Shown here one piece after another: positions 39,167-47,515 of a DNA stretch of 64,000 nucleotides. Origin of the DNA: an uncultured Thermoprotei archaeon (lineage in GTDB: Archaea; Thermoproteota; Thermoprotei; Thermofilales; B15-G2). The position numbers and the translations under genes are program-made. Each line of letters begins with the position of its first letter. Within the stretch, counting starts at the first letter, position 1. Under the pieces are notes generated by a model that had not been told where the DNA came from, made no database searches, and saw nothing but the letters and a program-made list of their open reading frames with translations. The stretch covers positions 32,001-96,000 of the forward strand of contig CBDUKN010000001.1 in NCBI GenBank assembly GCA_965367815.1, written 5' to 3'.

Positions 39167-39554
39167 TTTTGAGGCCTATTAAACGCGAAATCAGAGTCAA
39201 GCAAATAGTATTAGATAAGTGCAATGAAGAGCCTTACACAGAGCTAAAGAAAAGTGGTAAATACGTAGACGAGCTAGTAGTACTACCCGACGAAAGCGTA
39301 GTCGTCGAGCACACCGAGTGGCCTACAGCACACGAAGGAGCCCAAGCACTAGCAAGCTTCAGAAAACTCGTAGAAATAGGAATAAAAGTAGCTGCAATCG
39401 TAGTCGTAGGAAAAAGAGGCTTCGACAAGAGAGACAAAGGACTCATAGCATAGGCACTGAGTCAGTAAGCTTAAAGCATCACATACCCGTTTTCCTTAAA
39501 AGAGCAGGACAAACTCTAAGCATTAAATCAATTAAGTTCATCATACTAAATTGA
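39163..39554 (+). pseudogene. Small partner gene of the ATPase, frameshifted near 39450
   Basis: GTG overlaps the ATPase TGA; VDE...VVEH motif; frame continues as ...LKHHIPVFLKRAG. Confidence 0.45.
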
Positions 39555-39769
39555 ATTCATTTAAAAGCATTTAAATACATTAATCTCTATTTATAGTTTA
39601 GTTAAGCATAACACTTTTCGAAATAGCCCAGTAAAGTATTCTACTAAGCTTAGTTTTACTAGGATAAAAATTGCTCTTATTAGAATTAATGCAAGTTATT
39701 TCTCGTAAAATGGAGTATTTTTGAGTTAGATAAATTAGATTGTTTGCTATATCTAAATGTACTCAAAGT

Positions 39770-40099
39770 TTATTTTATGATTTCGACATTGAGTGTTGAT
39801 ATTTCAGCTATATCTAGGAAATCTTCGTCTTTTGTTACTAGTTTTTCTTGTCTGTTTACGCATATAGCTGCTATCAGTAGATCCGCGAAGCTTTTCGGTT
39901 TTCCTAGCTTAAGTAGTTTTTCTTGCAGCTTATAGGCTGTGAAGAAGTCCTTGATCTTTGGAAATATAACATCCCCAGTGAAGTGCCTGTACTCCAAGAT
40001 TTTTGGGAATTCCACCATCGTTACGGCGGTAATTGACTCTCTTATTTTTTCTCCCTTTTTTACTTTCTCTATCGCTACGCTTGTGTCGAGTACAACCAT
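39770..40099 (-). CDS. vapC: VapC PIN-domain toxin
   Basis: VLDTSV, E, DLLIAA, LVTKD.DF. Confidence 0.9.
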   Translation of the reverse strand: MVVLDTSVAIEKVKKGEKIRESITAVTMVEFPKILEYRHFTGDVIFPKIKDFFTAYKLQEKLLKLGKPKSFADLLIAAICVNRQEKLVTKDEDFLDIAEISTLNVEIIK

Positions 40100-40293
40100 T
40101 TTATCCTATCCCTTTCTCTCTTTCTTATGCTTTCAAATAATTCTGCTTCTATGTGTTCTCTTGTCTCAATTCCTAGAATTTCTCTAATTTCATCTGCACT
40201 AATTCTATCTCTCATACCGAAAATAATTAGCAAAGTTTTCTTTACTTCTTCTTCACTCACCCATTCCGGTACTTCAATCGTTATTTTCTTCAC
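40075..40293 (-). CDS. Antitoxin (VapB-like), leaderless GTG start
   Basis: Small gene overlapping vapC start; TTTAAATA ~25 nt upstream; beta-strand-helix N-terminus. Confidence 0.75.
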   Translation of the reverse strand: MKKITIEVPEWVSEEEVKKTLLIIFGMRDRISADEIREILGIETREHIEAELFESIRKRERDRIKWLYSTQA

Positions 40294-40308
40294 GCATAAA
40301 GTATCATA

Positions 40309-40329
40309 GCTGCCGTATTTAAAGACAGC
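40309..40329. promoter_or_regulatory. Inverted repeat bracketing the vapBC TATA box (candidate autorepression operator)
   Basis: GCTGCC-GTATTTAAA-GACAGC. Confidence 0.45.
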
Positions 40330-40369
40330 GATAGATAATGAAACAATATACTTAAGCTTGACCATTACC

Positions 40370-40390
40370 TGCTCCCTTAATCTTGGGCTA
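40370..40390. repeat. TA-module boundary motif, copy A
   Basis: TGCTCCCTTAATCTTGGGCTA. Confidence 0.6.
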
Positions 40391-40396
40391 TTAAAG

Positions 40397-40729
40397 CTAG
40401 ATTGTGAGGAGAGTTTTTATTTTCTTGTTGACTTTTTCTCTAAAGTGTTGGGGGAGGGTCCCTATTTTCCCTGCTACTAGGCTTTTGTGTATTGTTGCTA
40501 TTTTGTCTAGCCTTATGATTGATGAGACTTTAAGCCCTGTTTCTTCGAATCCAGGGTCTTCTTTTCTTATGATTACCGATGTTTTAGGATCATATTTTTC
40601 GAGTCTCGATGAGATGAATGCTAGAACGATGTCTCTTTTACCTTCGTAGAGCACTAGTGCTGGTCTAAGTTTTCTGCCTTTGAGGTCTGTAAAAGGAAAG
40701 TATACTAAAACTATGTCACCTTTTGACAT
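40397..40729 (-). CDS. mazF: MazF/PemK family toxin
   Basis: KGDIVLV.FPFTD...K.RPALV, GL...S.IR.DKIATI. Confidence 0.9.
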   Translation of the reverse strand: MSKGDIVLVYFPFTDLKGRKLRPALVLYEGKRDIVLAFISSRLEKYDPKTSVIIRKEDPGFEETGLKVSSIIRLDKIATIHKSLVAGKIGTLPQHFREKVNKKIKTLLTI

Positions 40730-40916
40730 CTTCTTCACTATAGAGGTCTGGCTCAGATTCTAGGAATTCTTTAAGCGATTCTTCTTGTAGTTTTAGCAAT
40801 CCATATTCTTCTAAAATATCTCTTAAAATCTCCTTTCTTGTTGCAAGAACTCGGCAAACTAGCTCGACTTCTTCTTCACTTACCCATTCTGGCACTTCAA
40901 TTGTAATCTTCTTCAT
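40716..40916 (-). CDS. Antitoxin of mazF
   Basis: Overlaps mazF start; acidic C-terminus SL.EFLE.EPDLY. Confidence 0.75.
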   Translation of the reverse strand: MKKITIEVPEWVSEEEVELVCRVLATRKEILRDILEEYGLLKLQEESLKEFLESEPDLYSEEDVKR

Positions 40917-40972
40917 AAGGTATAACTGCTAGTCTTGGTTTAAAAGCGTTGCTGTAATCAAGGTGCTTAACC

Positions 40973-40990
40973 GCTCCTTTAATCCCGCTA
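40973..40990. repeat. TA-module boundary motif, copy B
   Basis: GCTCCTTTAATCCCGCTA. Confidence 0.55.
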
Positions 40991-41200
40991 TATTTCTTTG
41001 CATGCCTTTCCTCTTTCAGCAATTACCAATATTACTACTTCTTTTCTGCCCATTTGACTTAACATATTATCCTTAGCTTTCCTATTCTGATTCCGTAGAG
41101 GTTCCAATAGCCTTCAGCTTGACTGTGCCGTATTCTCTAAAAGATATTGGATTTCTTTTTAGTATTTGAAAAATTTCGAGAAGTTTACTTCTATACTGTT
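40990..41200 (-). pseudogene. RelE/ParE toxin remnant
   Basis: Fragments KLLEIFQILK..NP, VKLK, LYGIRIGKLRII, VVILVIAERE with stops/shifts. Confidence 0.65.
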
Positions 41201-41373
41201 GATTTTGAGTCTAAAGCTTTCCATACTTCCTCCTCATCTAGTGTTTCATCGTCTAAGGCTTCTTCAATAAGCTTCTTCTCCCACTCTTCCGGCTCCTCTA
41301 CTCTAATAACCTGCTCTATAATGAATTCAAGCATACTTCTAATTGCCCTAACTTCTTCTAGAACAGCTTCCAT
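41191..41373 (-). CDS. Acidic antitoxin-like protein upstream of relE remnant
   Basis: VEEPEEWEKKLIEEAL...LDEEEV..AL; TA gene order. Confidence 0.55.
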   Translation of the reverse strand: MEAVLEEVRAIRSMLEFIIEQVIRVEEPEEWEKKLIEEALDDETLDEEEVWKALDSKSTV

Positions 41374-41831
41374 AACGGAATAAATATTAATAAGAACTAT
41401 CAAATCTATTGCTTTAGTTAACTCTTGTTAAAGAAATAATTACTATTCTGAATTGGTTACATTACTTTAGCTCCATATTTCCTTGATTTATAAATTAATA
41501 CATGGGATTACTCAGGAAGCTGAGGAGAAGCTTTATCAAGCTGATATTAAGGAAATATGTTAGATCCTTTAAAGTCGATCCACCTGGAACTCCTATTAGA
41601 GAGCTTGCTATATCCTTATCTGTATACATTGTGAAAGGTTTAGTGATTCAATACTCGTTGGTCCTGGTAATATTTTTGCTTTCTATGCGTGTAAAGATGG
41701 CTTGATAAATGATGAAGTAGGAGAGACTCTTATAATATTTCTCAGACTACTAAGAGAATTTACCTTATGAGAAAACTTTAAAGAAGTATTCAAGGACTGC
41801 GCTTTAGTAGGCTGGCTTTGTTGCTTTGGCT

Positions 41832-41850
41832 TGCTCCCTTAATCCCGGCT
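41832..41850. repeat. TA-module boundary motif, copy C
   Basis: TGCTCCCTTAATCCCGGCT; 13-mer identical to copy A. Confidence 0.6.
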
Positions 41851-41884
41851 TAAACCTTATTTTCCCACAGACACTTATTAAAAT

Positions 41885-43332
41885 GTGGCAGAACACGAAA
41901 AGCCGTCAAAGAAGACAAAAACAAGAACATTAATAATAGGATTAATCGCAATTATACTAATTCTAGGAGCCACAACTACATAATACTAAACCTAGCTAAT
42001 AAACCCAAATTTGAACTAAAAAGCATCAGTATTCAGAAAACCGATACCACAATAACCATAAACATTAAAGGATACAATAACACCAGATTACCCGAAATCC
42101 CGATTAAACTAATCTTCTCAGATGGAACATCTTACTCCATTAAAGCTAAAGCTGTAAACAAGAAGTCTTGGCAAGCCGATTTACCGATTACTAGAGAAGG
42201 TGTCTACAGGATTCAAGTAATACATCCTTACACAGGTAAAGTGATTAAGGAAAAGTCTTTTGTGTTCTACGATAAGCCTTCGGTTAAAGCCGTTTTGAGC
42301 TTAAAAGGTAATTTGCTCAGCATTAAGGTTAATGCTAGCGATTTGAGCGGAATTGAAAAAATTTTGTTTGAGGCTTTCGGCAAGAACTATACTCTGGCTC
42401 CAGTTAATGTTGATGAGAGGGGTAATGGTGTCTATTCTTTGAAGATTAAGCTGAACTCTACTGAAGACTTTAATTACAGGATAATTGCTCTTGACAGGAG
42501 TGATAGGCATTTGACGAGCGTTAGTAAGGGTTTGTTTGAGTTGAGCGATTACGAGAAGTTTGTGGTCTACTGTTCGAACAAGGGTTTGGGTTTTGGGGAT
42601 GTTGAGAAGCTTTGGGATGTTGGGCTTGCTAGATACTTGTTTAGAGCTGATAGAAAGCTTTTCGATAAGCTTTTGGATTTGGTTAAGGTGAATAAGCTCG
42701 CTTTACTTGTTTTGGATCAGATTGTTAGGGATAAGAGGGTTGGGGATAAGGTTGGTGTCTTGTCTAGGGCTTTGGATTTGGTTGAGGGGATTGGGGTTGA
42801 GCCTTGTGTTCAGGTTGCTTGGCTTGTTGGTAATTGCTCTAATTACGGCTTTTATTCTGATAGTGGTGTTGTTAAGGCGGCTAAATTTATTTCATCTCAT
42901 CTTGAAATGAACTGGAATTACAGTAGACCTGTATGCTTTAGTGCTTTAAGCGACGCATACTACTTCTTCCCAGAAATATTCGATAAGTATCCTTGGGAAG
43001 CCTACTACTTTGTTTTGCAAGTAGGAGACACATTCTACTACTATAAGATAATTGAAATAAACGGTACAAAGTATGCTTGGAATAAAGCTATTTTGCCTTA
43101 CGCTAAATGGAGGTACGGTAAATTAATTAAAGGAGAGTTTGTTCCTATTGGTGTTAGGCTTGTTAATGGTGATTTAGCTAAGTTGGCTAAGTGGGCTGAT
43201 AAAAAAGTTGTTGAAGCTGCTACTGAGGAAGCGTACTCGGCTTGTTTATCGAAGCTAGGCACTAAAGTTTATTCAATAAATAGTCTTGGAGAATTAGTAA
43301 AGGAGATTAAAGGAGTTCTAGGCGTTAACTGA
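41885..43332 (+). pseudogene. Membrane-anchored/secreted protein, frameshift near 41975
   Basis: GTG 41885 gives basic N-terminus + TM (TLIIGLIAIILILG) ending at TAA 41981; another frame is open from ~41977 into ORF 42241..43332. Confidence 0.55.
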
Positions 43333-43597
43333 TTTTCTGACTTATTATCTGTAGGGTTTGTGTAGTTGGCGTTGTAGTAGATAATAAGTATGAGGCTTGT
43401 TAGCGGTATTAATGTCTAGCAGGGAAGTGAAGCTCTGCTGTTTTGATTTATTTTTATTATATTATATAGGTTTAATGTTATTTAATTGTAAAAATGACAT
43501 AATATTATAATATTTTTTAAATATATGTTGTTTCTTTCAATATTATTTGAGTATCTTTTATTAAAGTTTATTTAGTGGGTGTGTTCAGTAGTAGTGA

Positions 43598-44653
43598 ATG
43601 ACAGAAGTCAATCGTAGGCATGTTGCTATAGCTCTTTCGGCTGGAATAATAGTGTACTTAGTGTTTCTCCTGGTAATTAACGTGAATTTCGCTGATGTCT
43701 ATAGGCTTATAGTTAATATGGATCAGCGTTTTCTTCTGATGGCTCTTTTCTTTGACACTAATTTTATTATTTTTTATGGACTGGCTTGGTATGTTTTAGT
43801 TAAAATTGTTTTAAAAGAAATAAAAGTGAAGGATGCGCTTTTAGCTGTTATAATGGGTTGGCTTGGAGACATGATTGTACCAGCTGCTTTTATTACAGGC
43901 GAGGTCATTAGGCTACTCTACTTGAATAAAAAATATAAGTTTGAGTATAGTAAAGGGTTGGCGACAGTAATTGTTCACAGGCTTTTGAGTGCTGTAACTT
44001 TCGTGTTTTTTATAACATGTGGAGCAGTTTTTCTCACTATTGAGCGTATGGCTGTTTCGAAAGACGTTTTCAGAGAAATGACTTTGACAGCTGTTCTTGC
44101 AGGAGGCTTTGCTGCTTTTCTCTTTTTCATATTTTTTAACGAGAAGGCTTTGAACACGGTTTTAGGTAAAGCATCTGCATTAGGTAAAAAACTTTTAGTT
44201 AGATTTAAAAGAACAGAAAAATATATCACTAAAATTGACGAAGAAATATCTATGTTCAAAACATCTATATTTGAAATCAAGAGAAGCAAAATCTTAGTGC
44301 TCTTTGGTTTCGGTCTGCTTTTAATTCAGTGGACTGCGGGAATACTTGTGCCCTACTGTGTTTTTAGAGCACTTAAGTCGCCTGTTAGTTTCTGGGTTTT
44401 AGCTCTCGCTTACCCGCTTTACGGTGTTATAGACAATATTCCAGCGGGTATACCAGTTAATGCAGGTGTTCTCGATACAGCTATGGTCACTACATTCATT
44501 CTGCTTGGAGTAAGTAGAGATGTCGCTGTAGCAGCTACTCTCATAACTAGAACTATTACTGTAGTCTATGAAGCTGTTCTAACAGGAACTATTTCGCTTA
44601 GCTTTGGAATAAAGGAAATATGGAGAGAGTACAAGGAAACAGAGTTTTTATAG
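43598..44653 (+). CDS. Flippase-like / lysylphosphatidylglycerol synthase TM-domain protein (UPF0104)
   Basis: P...GE..R, P...G..D, LITR; multi-TM. Confidence 0.8.
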   Translation: MTEVNRRHVAIALSAGIIVYLVFLLVINVNFADVYRLIVNMDQRFLLMALFFDTNFIIFYGLAWYVLVKIVLKEIKVKDALLAVIMGWLGDMIVPAAFITGEVIRLLYLNKKYKFEYSKGLATVIVHRLLSAVTFVFFITCGAVFLTIERMAVSKDVFREMTLTAVLAGGFAAFLFFIFFNEKALNTVLGKASALGKKLLVRFKRTEKYITKIDEEISMFKTSIFEIKRSKILVLFGFGLLLIQWTAGILVPYCVFRALKSPVSFWVLALAYPLYGVIDNIPAGIPVNAGVLDTAMVTTFILLGVSRDVAVAATLITRTITVVYEAVLTGTISLSFGIKEIWREYKETEFL

Positions 44654-45012
44654 TTAGAGCACTTTTAGCGGTATCTGCTACTATACCTGGCTTATTTTTC
44701 CTCCTATAGGAGGATATCTGCTCAATACGATGGGCTTAAACGGACTTAGGCACTGTTATACTATTTCGGGAGTCGCTTGTTACTTGGCTGCGGGCTGAGA
44801 ATATTTATGCTTAAGAAACTCGTAAGGTGTTAGAGAGGCCTAGATTAAGTGCAGTAGAGGCTTAGAGGCTTCAGTATGTCTCTAAGCATATTGCTCGCTG
44901 GTATAATGTACTCAGTTAGTGCTTTGTTTTCCTTTAAAATATCATGTGTTATTGCTCTTCTAGATGCTTTTTGTGTAATCGCTTTTATTAGAGAACCCGA
45001 GGTAAAGAAACT

Positions 45013-47013
45013 TTAACTGAGTTCTACTTCAAGTACTTCGTAGACATGTATTTCATCTAGAGTAATGCTAGTATGCTTGTTTACTTCAACGTGCATATCT
45101 TTTCCTAATAGTCTCCTTACATGTTTTGCTTTTAGTTGGGGTAGAACTACTTTGATGTTCTTTAATGGGGCTATATACTCTATTGGACGCTTTAAATCCG
45201 ATGTAAAGTTTACTAAATGTATGTATAGTTTGTTGTCTTTTTTACGGAGAGTTATTTCGAGGCTAGAGGGAGCGTTTTCTACTAGAACTTGTCTTCTAAA
45301 TCCAAGCTCATCGAGCAGTGAATTGAAGAGTTTCAAGTACTTTGCGAACTTAAAGTCACTATATGTTTGGAAGAAGTTTCCGCAGAAGTAGAGTGCTCGC
45401 CCTTTCCCGTAATCATTTAGCGTAATAGATGGATATTCAGTGAGCTTTATTGGCTGGTAGTAGCCTTGAGTGTTCTCTGAAACTACGCCGAGTGCTCTAG
45501 CCGTAGTGAGCGTTGTCTTAATGACGTAGGTGTAGCAAGGATGCCATTCTCTGCGGTAAGTGAAGTAGTTTTCGTAGCGCCCGTACTCCTCTAGACCCAA
45601 ATACTTTACTCCAAGTAGATCTGCTATCCTGAAGTTTTCTAGCTTCCTGCCTACCTCGTAGAGAGATGTCTCGAAGGAAGCTATAAGTAGACCACCTTTT
45701 TCGACAAATTTTCTTAGAGCTTCTGCTTCTTCCTCAGTTAAGTGAGCCACATTAGGTAAAACTACTAAATCTAAGTCTGCTAGCTGATTGTAATCGCATA
45801 CTACTTTAAAGGGTACATGTGACCTCAAGAGAACTTCGTACGCACCCACGAAGCTTTTCATGTAGTCTCTAACGAACTTAATAGTGTGTCCAGTAAAGTC
45901 GCTTACAGGAACTGTTCCTCCATATAAATTGGCTGTAAACTGAGACCAGTAAAGGCCGACTTTAGATGCGTCTCGAGTACCGAAAAATGCGTCTTCATTT
46001 TCTTCAACCCACTTATTTACTTCTTTCAGAGCCTCCTCCATCTCTGGGTCTCTGTAAGTAATGCCTATCCAGTAGAAAGCGCCGTTAGCTATAGTCTCAA
46101 GGCACCTGATCATGATTTCTTCGGGTGTAGTAGGCTCTCTGTTCCATGGACTGTGTTTAGCTGCATTAAATATTACTCGAGGTTTATCTGGAGCCTGTGC
46201 TTCAAGAAGTTTAGCAGTCATCCCTGGCTTAAATATCGGCGTCTGGATTAACTCAAAGTACTCAAAGCCTCCTTCAGCACCTACTAAGTCCTGGTACTTA
46301 GCTAGCTTTCTATTTTCACGGCCAGTAGCCCAGTTAGGGCGCAGTGTCTCGCCATTCAAGTATATAGCAATATTCTCGTCAACTTCTTTCACAGCGTTAT
46401 AGGCATCCCTCATGTAGCTCGCCATAGAGTCCTGCTGAAACTCTATTAGAAGAAGATGCCGCGGATCATCTAAGTCTCCTTTCCTAGGCATGGGAGGCCC
46501 ATACTTCTCTTCGAAAAGTTTTCTACAGTACTTGCAGTAACATCCTCTCCTGTGGAAAACAGGACCGTCTAGGAAAATTCCGTCGGGTTTATACTCAGCT
46601 ATCTTCTTTATTAGCTTAATAGACTCTTGTCTCCAAGGAGTATTTACGCAAGGCATTAGTCCTCTTCCGTAAACATCGTCTATGATTTTCCCCTCGTAAT
46701 CTACTTGATACCAGTCAGGATGCTTGCTTAAGGCCGAGACATCGTGCCAGTGAACATTAATGTAAACGAAAACTCTGAAGTTTTCTTCTCGTGCTACAGC
46801 TAGATACACCGGAAGTAATTTGAGGAATTCTTTAAGTCTCTTTTCTGCTTCCTCAACAGGCCCCTTAATGGGAAGAGAGAAGTGTTCGGCATTAAACCCT
46901 AAAGACTTCTTCCATCTGATACTTTTCCTAGGGTCAAACTCGCCTTTCTCGTATGCTTCCCTGTTAATTAAAATAGCGTCTATTATTCTGAGAGGATACT
47001 TAATCCAGGTCAC
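45013..47013 (-). CDS. Putative glycoside hydrolase (GHL6/GH42-like) with trimerisation-type domain
   Basis: HPDW, C.N, DGIFLD, CYC..C, LRKFVEKGG, IHLVN. Confidence 0.75.
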   Translation of the reverse strand: MTWIKYPLRIIDAILINREAYEKGEFDPRKSIRWKKSLGFNAEHFSLPIKGPVEEAEKRLKEFLKLLPVYLAVAREENFRVFVYINVHWHDVSALSKHPDWYQVDYEGKIIDDVYGRGLMPCVNTPWRQESIKLIKKIAEYKPDGIFLDGPVFHRRGCYCKYCRKLFEEKYGPPMPRKGDLDDPRHLLLIEFQQDSMASYMRDAYNAVKEVDENIAIYLNGETLRPNWATGRENRKLAKYQDLVGAEGGFEYFELIQTPIFKPGMTAKLLEAQAPDKPRVIFNAAKHSPWNREPTTPEEIMIRCLETIANGAFYWIGITYRDPEMEEALKEVNKWVEENEDAFFGTRDASKVGLYWSQFTANLYGGTVPVSDFTGHTIKFVRDYMKSFVGAYEVLLRSHVPFKVVCDYNQLADLDLVVLPNVAHLTEEEAEALRKFVEKGGLLIASFETSLYEVGRKLENFRIADLLGVKYLGLEEYGRYENYFTYRREWHPCYTYVIKTTLTTARALGVVSENTQGYYQPIKLTEYPSITLNDYGKGRALYFCGNFFQTYSDFKFAKYLKLFNSLLDELGFRRQVLVENAPSSLEITLRKKDNKLYIHLVNFTSDLKRPIEYIAPLKNIKVVLPQLKAKHVRRLLGKDMHVEVNKHTSITLDEIHVYEVLEVELS

Positions 47014-47152
47014 AGTAACTACGCGTGAATAAAATATATATGAGTGAGCCTTCTAGAATGAAGCACCATGAAGCTGAACTGTCGGAAAAGAAAAAGACTG
47101 TAAAGCCCAGAGACTCGCATGGCTTTTTGGAGAGAAGCTTTCGTATGAAGTA

Positions 47153-47476
47153 GTGCAGGGAGGAGCGGGAGGCCTAGCCTACTATTACACTTACTACACG
47201 AAACCAGAAACAGTATCAATTATAGTAGAGCTGTACCGAGTCAACAGCGACTACTGGTTCACAAGATACAATCCTTCTACAAAAGGAGAACTAGAAAACA
47301 TTTGCTTGAAGTTCTATAGAGCTCTATCAGCCCTCATACAAAACCCTGAGCTAAAAACAAGTTCAAGCGAATATCTGCCACTATATCTAACACTATTTCC
47401 AGCACTAGTGGTGACAATATACATCATCGTCAGGATCCGCAGAAAACACCGTAGCTCTTCATTAAAGTCACCTTAG
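47153..47476 (+). pseudogene. Probable C-terminal fragment of a surface protein (possibly M14 peptidase-like) with TM anchor
   Basis: GG...YY...SIIVELY, C-terminal TM + basic tail; no convincing N-terminus. Confidence 0.35.
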
Positions 47477-47515
47477 TTTTCTCCGAAAAGGTATCTCGAA
47501 AAGCTTATAAGAGTA

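Noticed and set aside
41832-41856. Bridge-RNA-like match of rod loop segments (GGGAGCA, GGCUUAAACC) to opposite strands of TA motif copy C
   Set aside because: Matches are only 7 and 10 nt and 8 nt apart, the second is not shared by copy A and overlaps the likely promoter of the 41885 gene, and no IS110-type recombinase is in the window
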